DNA of 32,489 nucleotides from Planctomycetota bacterium (GCA_044222185.1 JBGANV010000016.1:1-32489); one strand, 5' to 3'. Counted from the stretch's first letter, positions 8,918 to 19,929 are shown. Translations and numbers: made by a program. The notes: generated from the letters alone by a model not told the origin.

Positions 8918-9577
8918 TCAGCTGGTGAGGACGTAAGCGAGGCGGAGGCGTGCCCTGCTCCACTCGCGCTCCACGGTCCGCAGCGTCATCCCCATCTCAC
9001 GCGCCACGTCGGCCATCGGCAGCCCGTCGAAGAAACGGAGCACCACGATCCTCCGCGCATAGGGCATCAAGAAGTCGAGCGCTTCCTCGAACTGAAGACG
9101 CTGCGGTGGTCCCATGGCGGGATCCACGAGCCGCATCAACACGCGCTGCGCGCGGGCCGGCGTCGACTTGTCGCGGGCCCGTCGCAACCGGTCGGCGAGG
9201 ATCTCCTGCATGACGCGCGTCACCGTGCAGAGGAAGTCGAAGCGCCCGTCGAACGTCGTGTGATCGGACGACAAGCGCAGGAACACCTCGCGGACGAGCG
9301 CGCGGGGCGCGACGCGTCGACCAGGGCAGAGGCGTGCCGCCAACTGCGAGGCCAGGAGGCGCAATTCGACGTAATGACGGGCCACCAGATCCCGCACGGT
9401 CGTTCGGGGCGGAACACGACCAGGCCGCAGCGCTCCCCGCGCGGCGGGCGGCGGGGTGACCTTCGGGGGCTGGCCCCCTCGCGGGTCCGCGGCGCGGCGA
9501 GGGACGACGGTTGGCCCGCTGCCGGCCGACCGCTCGACCCGTCTGGCGCCGATCGCGAATCCGCTTCCGTGGTGCAT
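8918..9577 (-). CDS. ECF-type sigma factor, TIGR02999/Sigma70_ECF-like, divergent; start uncertain
   Basis: YVELRLLA, ALVREVFLRL, VMQEILADRLR and region 4 IVVLRFFDGLPMADVAREMGMTLRTVEREWSRAR match this family's pattern. Confidence 0.8.
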   Translation of the reverse strand: MHHGSGFAIGARRVERSAGSGPTVVPRRAADPRGGQPPKVTPPPAARGALRPGRVPPRTTVRDLVARHYVELRLLASQLAARLCPGRRVAPRALVREVFLRLSSDHTTFDGRFDFLCTVTRVMQEILADRLRRARDKSTPARAQRVLMRLVDPAMGPPQRLQFEEALDFLMPYARRIVVLRFFDGLPMADVAREMGMTLRTVEREWSRARLRLAYVLTS

Positions 9578-9750
9578 GAAACGCTCCGTGGGATCGGAGC
9601 GAGCCAAGGGACGCAACTCCGATGGCTCTTGCTTGAGCCGGAGCCGGAGAATCGGACACGCAATTCGACGAAATTCGCCCTTTGGCGCGAGGCTCAGCCG
9701 CGCTGGCAGCCTCGACGCGGACTGCGGGCGGTAGGCGCGGAGGGCTCGAC

Positions 9751-10998
9751 TCAGGCAGGATCGAGGCCGGGGCCAAAGGCGGGAGCCGGCGTGGCGTGCG
9801 CCACCTTTGTTCTGAGCAGCCGATAGACGTGGCACTTCAGATAGCGGCTCTCCGCGTGGGGCAGGAGCATGGGGTGATCCCCCGGCTGGCCGCCGCGCTC
9901 GACGAGTTGGAGCCTCACCTCCGACTCCTTCGCCACGTTCGCGAGGACGTCCTCGAATGCCGATTCGGAGACGTGCTGACTGCACGAGCACGTGACGAGC
10001 AGACCGCCGTCTCGCAGGACCTTGACGGCCTTCTCGTTCACCTCGAAATAGAGCCGCAGGCCCCGCTCCAGTTCGTTCAGGCGATGGACGAACTTCGGCG
10101 GATCCAGGATGACGACGTCGAACGTGCGACCCGACTTGGAGTAGTGCTCGAGGGCTCGGAGGACGTTGAGCTCCTCGAAGGTCGCCCGATCGGCGACATC
10201 GTTCGCCTGCGCCGCACGCTGGGCCAGAGCGAGTGCGGGTCCGGAGGAATCGAGGAAGTGCACCGACCGCGCGCCCTCCTTCAACGCCTGGAGCCCGAAG
10301 GGTCCGACGTAGGAGAACGCGTCGAGCACGTCGCGGCCCGCGCAGAGTTTGCGCACCAGCTGCCGGTTGTCCCGCTGGTCGCAATAGAAGCCGGTCTTCT
10401 GGCCGGACCGGATGTCGACCCAGTGGCGGAGGCCATGCTCATTCACCTCCACCACGTCCTCGGGCGGAGTGCCGAAATGAACGGTGTCCGATCGCTGGAG
10501 CCCCTCCTCCTCGATGCCGACGCGCGACGCGCGCTCGATCACGCTGGTCGGCTGGAGCATCTCCACGAGACGCGCCACGAGCGCCGGGACGAATCGTGCA
10601 ATCCCGAGCGACGTCACCTGGATGACGAGGTGCGACCCCATGCGATCGACGATGAAGCCGGGGAGGCCGTCACCCTCGGAGTGCACGACGCGGTAGGCAT
10701 TCGTCACGGCGTCGAGACGCAGTCCCTGTCGCCGCAGCGACACCGCACGCTCGAGGCGGCCGATGAGGAGCTCCGGCGTGATCGGTCCCTCGAACCATTG
10801 CGAGACGAGACGGACACGGATCTGGCTCTTCGAGTTGAAGAAGCCGTGCCCGATCAGTTTTCCCTCGTGATCGCACAGCTCGACGATGTCGCCGTCTTCG
10901 ACCTGGCCCTTCACGCGGTCTACGGCACCCGAGAAGACCCAGGGATGGCCGAACCAGAACGGACGTGCCTTGCGGAACTTGACGATCACTTTGGTCAT
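9751..10998 (-). CDS. rlmI: RlmI-family class I SAM-dependent rRNA m5C methyltransferase
   Basis: GHPWVFSGAV (PUA-like), HSEGDGLPG, GQKTGFYCDQRDNR, VILDPPKF, TCSCS, DHP, YLK motifs. Confidence 0.9.
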   Translation of the reverse strand: MTKVIVKFRKARPFWFGHPWVFSGAVDRVKGQVEDGDIVELCDHEGKLIGHGFFNSKSQIRVRLVSQWFEGPITPELLIGRLERAVSLRRQGLRLDAVTNAYRVVHSEGDGLPGFIVDRMGSHLVIQVTSLGIARFVPALVARLVEMLQPTSVIERASRVGIEEEGLQRSDTVHFGTPPEDVVEVNEHGLRHWVDIRSGQKTGFYCDQRDNRQLVRKLCAGRDVLDAFSYVGPFGLQALKEGARSVHFLDSSGPALALAQRAAQANDVADRATFEELNVLRALEHYSKSGRTFDVVILDPPKFVHRLNELERGLRLYFEVNEKAVKVLRDGGLLVTCSCSQHVSESAFEDVLANVAKESEVRLQLVERGGQPGDHPMLLPHAESRYLKCHVYRLLRTKVAHATPAPAFGPGLDPA

Positions 10999-11119
10999 TC
11001 GCTGGCTCCCCCGACTCGTGATGCGGGGCGGCATGCTAACAGCCCGATCCGGCGCGTTGACGCTCCGTGACGGCGACTGCTACCCTGCGCCGCCTTTTCG
11101 CAACCCACGAGGTGATCCG

Positions 11120-12286
<1,167 letters not shown>

Positions 12287-12310
12287 GGCCTGGCGCCGGC
12301 GGAGAGTTGC

Positions 12311-13516
12311 ATGACCGAGTCGCTCTCCGCCGCGTTCGCCGCCGAACTCCTACGGACCTACGGCAGCCCGCTCTACGTCTATGACGAGGCCACGATCCGC
12401 GAGCGCTGTCGCCGTTTGCGCGCCGCGCTGGCGCTCCCCGGAATCCAGATCCTCTACGCCATGAAGGCCAACGCCAATCCGGAGATCCTCCGGGTCGTGC
12501 GTGAGGAGGGGCTCGGAATCGATGCCGTTTCCCTTGGCGAGGTGGCGCTCGCGAGGCGATGCGGCTTCGCGCCCGAGGAGATCTCCTACAACGGCAACAA
12601 CGTGGATGACGCCGAGATGCAGGACGTCGTCCGCGCGGGCGTCCACGTCTCGGTCGATGGGCTCGACCAGCTCGAGCGGTTCGGACGACTCCGGCTCGGC
12701 GAGAGTGTGGGCCTGCGTTTGAACCCGGACGTGGGCGCGGGGCACCACGATCACGTCATCACGGGCGGACCCGAGGCGAAGTTCGGCGTGCCGCCGGCCG
12801 CCATCCCCGAGGCCCTCGCCATCGCGCGGCGCCATGGGTGCCGCGTCGACGGGCTCCAGCAGCACATCGGATCGGGGATCCTCGACGCGGAGACGATGCT
12901 GCTCGCCGTCGACGTGATGCTCGCGAACGCGGCCGGACTCCCCGATCTCCAGTTCGTCGACTTCGGCGGTGGGATCGGCATCCCCTACAAGCCCGCGGAC
13001 CGACCCATCGATCTGTCGACGTTCGGCAGCCGCGTCGCGGGCCGTCTCGGGGAGTTCCGGCGTCGGCTGGGCCGCGAGGTGCGGTTCCGCTTCGAACCCG
13101 GTCGGTTCGTCGTCGCCGAATCCGGGACACTGCTCGTGACCGTCACGGCCGTCAAGCGCGGCGAGCGCCACGTGTTCGTCGGCACGGACTCGGGGTTCAA
13201 TCACCTGGTCCGTCCAGTCATGTACGGCTCGTGGCACGAGATCCGCAACGTCACGAACCCGGGCGGCACGCCCGTGCCCGTGTCCGTCGCGGGCAACATC
13301 TGCGAATCCGGCGACCTCTTCGCCAAGGATCGGCCCATCGCCGAGCCTCGCGCCGGTGACGTGCTCGCCATCGCGAACACCGGAGCCTACGGCTACTCGA
13401 TGGCGTCGACCTACAACCAGCGAGCTCGACCAGCCGAAGTGATGGTGCTCGGCGGCGCGCACCGCCTCATCCGGCGCCGCGAGACCCTCGCCGACCTCTG
13501 GGCGACGTTCGCCTGA
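12311..13516 (+). CDS. lysA: Diaminopimelate decarboxylase
   Basis: YGSPLYVYDE, PLP-lysine YAMKAN, KFG, HIGS, DFGGG, EPGR, ICESGD, GAYGYSMASTYN. Confidence 0.95.
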   Translation: MTESLSAAFAAELLRTYGSPLYVYDEATIRERCRRLRAALALPGIQILYAMKANANPEILRVVREEGLGIDAVSLGEVALARRCGFAPEEISYNGNNVDDAEMQDVVRAGVHVSVDGLDQLERFGRLRLGESVGLRLNPDVGAGHHDHVITGGPEAKFGVPPAAIPEALAIARRHGCRVDGLQQHIGSGILDAETMLLAVDVMLANAAGLPDLQFVDFGGGIGIPYKPADRPIDLSTFGSRVAGRLGEFRRRLGREVRFRFEPGRFVVAESGTLLVTVTAVKRGERHVFVGTDSGFNHLVRPVMYGSWHEIRNVTNPGGTPVPVSVAGNICESGDLFAKDRPIAEPRAGDVLAIANTGAYGYSMASTYNQRARPAEVMVLGGAHRLIRRRETLADLWATFA

Positions 13517-13524
13517 CAGATCTC

Positions 13525-14307
13525 ATGTCGCACTCACCACGGCAGCACGGACCCCGCCGTCCGAAGGCCGCGCGCCCGAGCGGAGGCGAAGGCGTCGCCT
13601 CGGGGCCGTCCAACCGGCGGAGTTCACACGAAGACTCCCGCGAGCCGGACGCTGGCCCCATCGCCATCCAACTCACGACGGACGACGCGATCTGCGACGG
13701 CTGTCGCGAGCGCCTCGACCGCGACCAATTGTTCGTCAGACACGGTTCGCACGGCCATTGCATCGAGTGCGCCGACATGGGGCACCTCGTGTTTCTCCCA
13801 CGCGGCGACGCGGCACTCACGCGGCGTTCCACCAAGCACTCGACGCTCTCCGCCGTCGTCGTGCGCTGGAATCGACGTCGTAAGCGCTACGAGCGGCAGG
13901 GCACGCTCGTCGAGGAGGAAGGATTGGCGAAGGCCGAGGCCGAGTGCCTCGCGGATGCGGACGTGCGCGCGCGCAAGCGCGATCGCGATGCCATCCGGCG
14001 CGAGCGACTCGATGCCACGTTCGTTGCGACGTTCGCGGCCCGCGTTCGCGAGCGATTCCCGAACGCGCCCAAGGACACGGACGTCACGGTGGCCGAGCAC
14101 GCATGCCTGAAGGGCTCTGGTCGTGTGGGGCGGACCGCCGCCGCGAAGGAATTCGAGCCGGACATGATCGACCTCGCCGTCCGGGCTCACATCCGCCACG
14201 TCCACACACCATACGACACGCTGCTCGCGAAGGGCACGGGCCGAGACACGGCCCGCGAGATCGTCGGGGACCTGGTCGACGCGATCACGCGCGAATGGCG
14301 CGGTTGA
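13525..14307 (+). CDS. DUF2293-family protein with N-terminal CxxC...CxxC
   Basis: GSGRVGRT...AVRAHIRHVHTPYDTLL and RRKRYERQG motifs; CDGC and CIEC. Confidence 0.8.
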   Translation: MSHSPRQHGPRRPKAARPSGGEGVASGPSNRRSSHEDSREPDAGPIAIQLTTDDAICDGCRERLDRDQLFVRHGSHGHCIECADMGHLVFLPRGDAALTRRSTKHSTLSAVVVRWNRRRKRYERQGTLVEEEGLAKAEAECLADADVRARKRDRDAIRRERLDATFVATFAARVRERFPNAPKDTDVTVAEHACLKGSGRVGRTAAAKEFEPDMIDLAVRAHIRHVHTPYDTLLAKGTGRDTAREIVGDLVDAITREWRG

Positions 14308-14403
14308 TCACATACGCGCCGTTGCGGATCCGCTGAACGCCGGTGTCGACGACTAAGATCACCGGCGGCAGTCCCCGGGTCGGTCGTTCTCTCGGAGCCC
14401 CGC

Positions 14404-16134
14404 ATGAAGTCCATTCCGACGCCATGGGCATGGACCATGGCCCTCTTGATCGTCTCCTCGGCCGCGTCGCAGGTGACGCGGAACGTGCCCTCCCAGTACC
14501 CGACGATCCAAGCGGCGATCGCCGCCGCGGGAACCGGGGACACGGTCCTCGTTCAGTCGGGCACGTACTCGGGCCCGATCAACTTCCTCGGTCGTGCGAT
14601 TGCCGTCGTCTCGGCGCACGGCGCCACGGCTACCACGATCCTCGCGACCGGAACGTCCCGCGCCGTCACGTTCGCGACGGGTGAAGGTCCGGCTTCGATC
14701 CTCAACGGCTTCACGATCACGTCCTCGGGCGGCGGCGTGATGATCCAGAACGCCTCGCCAACGATCGTCTATTGCCGATTCCTCAACTGCATGGCAACGA
14801 CGGCCTACACGTCGCCGTCGGACGGCGCCGGCATCTACTGCAGGGCCATGGGAGGCGGAACGGCGTCACCGACGGTCTTGAGCTGTCGATTCGAGAACGG
14901 GATCGCCGTCGACAACTACGGGACGAACACCGTTTGCGGGAGTGCCTGCGTCTTCAACGCCACCGGCGGGACGTCGACGCCGACGCTCTCGGGGTGCTCG
15001 ATCGCCGGTGGCAGTGGCGTGAACGTCTTCGGATCGGGAATCTGCGCCATGGGGTTCACTCAAGCCGGCGGCCTGATGAGCCCGACGATCACGAACTGCA
15101 TCGTCTCGGCCAACACGGGAATCGCCGTCAGGCTCGCGAACTGCAACACGGTACTCGTCCAGGACACGCGCATCGTCGGCAACGCGGGGGGTCCCGCCGT
15201 CGACGGAGTGGCCGTGCAGGCCACCTTCACTGGCTGCCTGATCGCCGGCAACGCCGCGGGGATCAACATCAACCAGGCGGCGGTCATCGCGAGTTCCCAG
15301 CCGGGCGCCTACGCGATCCGAAACTGCACGATCGCGCACAACGCATCGAGCAGCATCGGCGGCATCCGCGCTCAGGGATACGCGTACGCTGCCGCCCAGG
15401 TGTCCGTGACCAACTCCATCGTCTGGGGAAACTCGGTCCTCGACGGATTCACGACGGGAGTCGCGACGATCGCCACCAACCACTCGAACGTCGGGCTCGG
15501 CACGTGGACGCTCGGACCCGGCACAGTCTCGGTCGATCCACGATTCGTCGAAGCTGCGGCGGGCGACTTCCACCTTTCGTCCACCTCGCCGTGCGTCGAC
15601 GCCGGCTCGAGCTCGGCCGCCGGAATTCCGGCCGTGGACTTCGACGGCTCGTCGCGCGTGGTCGGTGCGACCATCGACATCGGAGTGGACGAACTCCCGG
15701 CGGCGCTGTTTCCGGGATCGAGCGAGGACCTGGATCTCTACACCTGGGTGGACGGCTCGGGCGATCCGCTGGCTTCCGTCGCGACGATCACGGCGAACCA
15801 GGTTCTGCGCGCCCGCCTCGCGAGTCCGCGCGGAACGTTCACCGGTTGGCCACCGCTCCTGTTCGGGCGCCTCCACGCCAGCGGATCGCCCGCCGGCACG
15901 ACCGCCGGTTTTCCGGTCATCCAAATGGATGTGAGCACCGCGTTTCTTCTGTTCGGTGCCTTGGCGCCGCCGCTCCAGACGCCCGGCCTGCCCGCGACGG
16001 GAGTGGACCTGTTTCTTGCGATCCCGCCCGGGTTTGCGGGCCAATCGCTTCGCGTGCAGCTCTTCGCCGTCTCGCCGACGGCCGCGAACGGGCTCTTCGC
16101 GGCAAGCGCCGCGCACGAGATTCGCATTCTCTGA
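14404..16134 (+). CDS. Secreted right-handed parallel beta-helix protein with choice-of-anchor-Q-like segment (paralog 1)
   Basis: Signal peptide; VPSQYPTIQAAI...GDTVLV..GTY; DPRFV...DFHLSSTSPCVDAG...DFDG..R...IDIGVDE. Confidence 0.85.
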   Translation: MKSIPTPWAWTMALLIVSSAASQVTRNVPSQYPTIQAAIAAAGTGDTVLVQSGTYSGPINFLGRAIAVVSAHGATATTILATGTSRAVTFATGEGPASILNGFTITSSGGGVMIQNASPTIVYCRFLNCMATTAYTSPSDGAGIYCRAMGGGTASPTVLSCRFENGIAVDNYGTNTVCGSACVFNATGGTSTPTLSGCSIAGGSGVNVFGSGICAMGFTQAGGLMSPTITNCIVSANTGIAVRLANCNTVLVQDTRIVGNAGGPAVDGVAVQATFTGCLIAGNAAGININQAAVIASSQPGAYAIRNCTIAHNASSSIGGIRAQGYAYAAAQVSVTNSIVWGNSVLDGFTTGVATIATNHSNVGLGTWTLGPGTVSVDPRFVEAAAGDFHLSSTSPCVDAGSSSAAGIPAVDFDGSSRVVGATIDIGVDELPAALFPGSSEDLDLYTWVDGSGDPLASVATITANQVLRARLASPRGTFTGWPPLLFGRLHASGSPAGTTAGFPVIQMDVSTAFLLFGALAPPLQTPGLPATGVDLFLAIPPGFAGQSLRVQLFAVSPTAANGLFAASAAHEIRIL

Positions 16135-16245
16135 CCCGCGCGAAGGTGCATCGGTCGCGGCGAAACACCACGAGCACGACGCGACCGCCGCGACTCTGAT
16201 CGCCATCCTTGGCGCACCGCGCGCTTCCCCCCGAGGAAGTGTCCC

Positions 16246-17961
16246 ATGAGAATTCACCGCTCGTTGACGTCCATCACAGGTCTGTGCCTCGTCGCCGCCG
16301 CGGCATTCGCGCAGACGACGCGGAACGTGCCGTCCCAGTACCCGACCATCCAGGCAGCGATCAGCGCGTCGAGCAACGGCGACACGGTGTCGGTGCAACC
16401 GGGAACCTACTCCGGCACGATCAACTTTCTGGGGCGCGCGGTGACGGTGACGTCGGCGGGTGGATCGGGCGTCACGACGATCGCCACCGGCACTGGCGTC
16501 AAGGCAATCACCTTCTCGACGAACGAAGGTCCCAACTCGGTGCTGAACGGATTCACGATCACCGCCGGCGGCGGCGGGGTCCTGATCCAAAACGCCTCGC
16601 CGACGATCACGAATTGCCGATTCCTCAACTGCGTCGCCGCCACGACGCAGGCGACGGGAGACTCCGCCGCCGGCATCTACTGCACGCTGGCGACGGGGGT
16701 TTCTGCACCAACCGTGACCAACTGCCGATTCGAGCAGGGCGTTGCGCTCGCTCAACAATCGCGCGCCACGAGCGCCTGCCTTTTCGTCGCGAACGGCGGG
16801 AGCCTGCTCCCGACGCTGACGGGGTGCACCGTCATCGGGGGGACCTTCTTTTCGAACTACGCCGGCTCTGGCGGCACGCTCACGTTCCTGCGGAATGCCG
16901 GGACGCTCTCACCGACCCTCGTCAATTGCACGATTGCGTCGAACACGAGCGTCGTAGCGATCGCCTGTAGTGAGTGCAGCGCGGTTCAGCTCCAGCGCGT
17001 GCGAATCACGAACAACCCGGGGGTCGTCGGACTGTCGGTCGGGTTCTACAGCGTCGCCACGCTGGTCACGCTCTCCGGTTGCCAAATCACTGGCAACGGC
17101 TCCGGTGTGTCGGTGGACGGCGGCGGCGGTGGCGTGACGATCGACGCCTCGACGATCGCTTCCAACGGCGGCAACCCTCAGTCTTCGGGTGGACTGTATG
17201 TGACCGCGGGAAACGCGTCGCAAGTCCAGGTCACCGTGCAGAACTCCGTGGTTCATGGAAATGTCCCTTTGAACGCGGCCGCGTTCGGAACGGCCACGAT
17301 CACCGCGAGCTTCTCGGACGTGGGGGTGGGGAACTGGACGTTCGGCCCGGGAACGATCACGAGCGACCCGCGCTTCGTCGACGCGGCGGGCGGGGACTTC
17401 CATCTCTCGTCCTCGTCACCCTGCGTGAACGCGGGTAATCCCACGGCCTCGGGCCTTCCGAGCGTCGACATCGACGGCTCGCCGCGCGTCATCGGCGGCG
17501 TCGTCGACATGGGCGTGGACGAGAAACCCGCGACGGCATTCCCCGGCTCGAACGAGGACCTGGACCTCGACACCTGGGTCGACGGAGCCGGCGATCCGCT
17601 GGCCTCGACGATCACCGCCGCCGCGAATCACGTCGTTCGGGTGCGCGTCGCCACGCCGGGCGGCACGTTCGTCGGCGCCGCACCGCTGTTGTTCGGGTAC
17701 CTCCGCCCGACGGGCCAGGGCGCGGGAACCACGCCCGGATTCCCCGCGATCCAGATGAACGTCAACACGGCGTTCCTGATGTACGGCGCCGTGCTGCCAC
17801 CGCTGCAGGCCCCCGGCCTCCCGCCCGGAGGAATCGACCTCTACTACCTGATCCCCCCGTCGCTGGCGGGTCAGACCGTGCGCCTCCAGGGCTTTGCCGT
17901 GGCACCCGTCGCCACGAACGGGCTCTTCGCCGCGACTGCCGCGCACGACGTCAACCTCTGA
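16246..17961 (+). CDS. Secreted right-handed parallel beta-helix protein with choice-of-anchor-Q-like segment (paralog 2)
   Basis: Same architecture and collinear motifs as 14404..16134; GAGGA RBS. Confidence 0.85.
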   Translation: MRIHRSLTSITGLCLVAAAAFAQTTRNVPSQYPTIQAAISASSNGDTVSVQPGTYSGTINFLGRAVTVTSAGGSGVTTIATGTGVKAITFSTNEGPNSVLNGFTITAGGGGVLIQNASPTITNCRFLNCVAATTQATGDSAAGIYCTLATGVSAPTVTNCRFEQGVALAQQSRATSACLFVANGGSLLPTLTGCTVIGGTFFSNYAGSGGTLTFLRNAGTLSPTLVNCTIASNTSVVAIACSECSAVQLQRVRITNNPGVVGLSVGFYSVATLVTLSGCQITGNGSGVSVDGGGGGVTIDASTIASNGGNPQSSGGLYVTAGNASQVQVTVQNSVVHGNVPLNAAAFGTATITASFSDVGVGNWTFGPGTITSDPRFVDAAGGDFHLSSSSPCVNAGNPTASGLPSVDIDGSPRVIGGVVDMGVDEKPATAFPGSNEDLDLDTWVDGAGDPLASTITAAANHVVRVRVATPGGTFVGAAPLLFGYLRPTGQGAGTTPGFPAIQMNVNTAFLMYGAVLPPLQAPGLPPGGIDLYYLIPPSLAGQTVRLQGFAVAPVATNGLFAATAAHDVNL

Positions 17962-17975
17962 GGGCCGCAGCGTCC

Positions 17976-18827
17976 TCAGCGAGGGCCGGCGCCCAGAGTC
18001 GACCCGCTCCCCGACCGGAACCCGTCCAGGTCCAGACTCACGAACCGGTATCCGAGCTGGTGCAGCTGGCTCGTGATCGCGGCGCGCAGGGAGGGATCGA
18101 TCAGACGCGAGAACTGATCGGCCGGGACTTCGATCCGGGCGTGGTCGCCGTGGTGGCGAACCCGAAACTCCGCGAACCCGACGCCGCGTAGGAATACCTC
18201 GGCGGCTTCGACCCGGGCCAGGCCTTCGACCGTGACCGGGACGCCCGCCGGAAACCGCGAAGCGAGGCACGGCGCCGACGGTTGGTCCCAGGTTGGCAGG
18301 CCGGCGCGGCGGGAGAGCCTGCGGATGGCGGCCTTGCCGAGCCCGACCTCCAGGAGCGGACTTCGGACGCCCTGCTCCCGCGCCGCGGCCTGACCGGGTC
18401 GATGGCCGCGGACATCATCTGCATTCGTGCCGTCGAGGACCGGCCAATCGGACCCGTCGCCGAGCCGACCCAGTGCACGGAACAGCGTGTCCTTGCAGAA
18501 GTAGCAACGGTTCCCTCGGTTCGCCTGGTAGTCCGGGTTGGAGGTCTCGTCGGTCCGCGTCTCCACCAGCACGATGCCGACGGTCGCTGCGACCGACCGG
18601 GCCTGAGCGAGTTGCGTCTGCGGGACGCTCTCCGACACGCCGATGACCGCCCGGACCCGCGCCGCGGTCAGGGAATGCACCGCCGCCCACAGCACGTAGC
18701 TGGAGTCGACTCCTCCAGAGAACGCCACTGTCGCCCCGGGCATCCCACGCAGGACCTGAAGAAGCTCACGCTCCTTCGCGTCGTCGGCAGGAATCGGTGT
18801 TTCAGGTTCCGTCGCGCTCACGCGCAC
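17976..18827 (-). CDS. larE: LarE-family ATP-dependent sulfur transferase (nickel-pincer nucleotide biosynthesis)
   Basis: PP-loop VAFSGGVDS, NRCYFCK, DGTNADD...RPG, SPL, PSAPCLASR, RVRHH, ARIE, LDLDGFRSGS. Confidence 0.9.
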   Translation of the reverse strand: MRVSATEPETPIPADDAKERELLQVLRGMPGATVAFSGGVDSSYVLWAAVHSLTAARVRAVIGVSESVPQTQLAQARSVAATVGIVLVETRTDETSNPDYQANRGNRCYFCKDTLFRALGRLGDGSDWPVLDGTNADDVRGHRPGQAAAREQGVRSPLLEVGLGKAAIRRLSRRAGLPTWDQPSAPCLASRFPAGVPVTVEGLARVEAAEVFLRGVGFAEFRVRHHGDHARIEVPADQFSRLIDPSLRAAITSQLHQLGYRFVSLDLDGFRSGSGSTLGAGPR

Positions 18828-18935
18828 CCCATCTCGGAGTCGAAAGAATTTCGTAGCATCGCCGCGAATGGTCAGGACCGATTGCCCGGAGCCGGGTCGA
18901 CACCTTCGACCGCTGTCCGCGCGCTCGGGACGACG

Positions 18936-19871
18936 ATGATACCGCCCAGCGGGCAGCGAACCCCGGCCTGCATCAAACAGGGACAGGAAGCGACGATCAA
19001 GGCCGACGGAACGGCGACCGTCAAGCTGACGATGGGCATCAAGACCGAGGTCATCGAGAACCTCCGCGCCATGATCGAGTCCATGGGCGGCGGCGACGAC
19101 GACCAGTCAGGCGAAGTGACCGGCGTGTTCGACAAGCTCACGGCTGCCCTCGACGACAAGAAGATCGGCGAGGAATGGAAGAAGATGGGCCTGGAGATCA
19201 CCAAGTCGTCCACCACCGAGAAGGATGGCTGGAAGACCGTCGACCTCGAAGCCTCCATCAAGAACGTCTCCGAGTACAGCAAGAAGTACGCCGAGTGGCA
19301 GAAGGCGATGCAGGAGAAGGTCAGCGGCGGGATGCAGAACCCCAAGGAGATGCTCAACGCCCTCGACAAGATGCTCCTCCCGGCCATCCCCCGCTTCTAC
19401 AAGACGGACAAGGCGAACATCGTCAAGGTCGGCGTCACTCCGCGCATGGGGAACATGTTCGACAAGATGGACGAGAACCCCCTGTCGAAGCTCGAAGAGA
19501 TGGGTGACGAAGAGCGCGCCATGTTCGACGCGCAGATGAACCAGATGCGCGCCATGTTCGCCCTCGACGAGATGAAGGTCGAGATGAAGTACACCCTGCC
19601 GGGCAAGGTCACTGCCGTGAGCGGCCTGAAGCAGGACGGCAACACCGTCACCTTCTCGATGCTCGGAAAGAACATCGGCATCGACACGATCAAGGACGTC
19701 GCCACGATGGGCAAGAACGGCATGACGGCCACCGTCCAGATCGACGAGAAGGACTGGAAGATCGCCCTCGAGGACGAGCCGAAGGCGACCGAGTCCAAGC
19801 CCGTCGAGAAGACCGCCAAGCCGGCGAAGAAGACGGAAGAGGAAGAGAAGAAGAAGGAAAAGGACGGCTGA
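18936..19871 (+). CDS. Lipoprotein-like hypothetical protein, N-terminal signal apparently missing
   Basis: Strong coding bias from about 18966; AC-IKQGQEATIKADGTATVKL and YTLPGKVT resemble LppM/DUF3153-like lipoproteins; Lys/Glu-rich tail; start uncertain. Confidence 0.7.
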   Translation: MIPPSGQRTPACIKQGQEATIKADGTATVKLTMGIKTEVIENLRAMIESMGGGDDDQSGEVTGVFDKLTAALDDKKIGEEWKKMGLEITKSSTTEKDGWKTVDLEASIKNVSEYSKKYAEWQKAMQEKVSGGMQNPKEMLNALDKMLLPAIPRFYKTDKANIVKVGVTPRMGNMFDKMDENPLSKLEEMGDEERAMFDAQMNQMRAMFALDEMKVEMKYTLPGKVTAVSGLKQDGNTVTFSMLGKNIGIDTIKDVATMGKNGMTATVQIDEKDWKIALEDEPKATESKPVEKTAKPAKKTEEEEKKKEKDG

Positions 19872-19896
19872 TCGCCCGGCGACGGCCTTCGTGACG

Positions 19897-19929
19897 AGCA
19901 GCCCGGCCCGTGCCGGGCTGCTTTCGTTT
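19897..19929 (+). terminator. Rho-independent terminator
   Basis: AGCAGCCCGGC-CCGT-GCCGGGCTGCT stem-loop followed by TTCGTTT, shortly after the stop at 19871. Confidence 0.8.

Noticed and set aside
14404-17961. Diversity-generating retroelement template/variable pair
   Set aside because: Both copies are full genes, differences are not adenine-specific, and no reverse transcriptase is present
18282-18935. N-terminal part of the 529-aa ORF
   Set aside because: Largely antisense overlap with larE; no coding signal on the + strand
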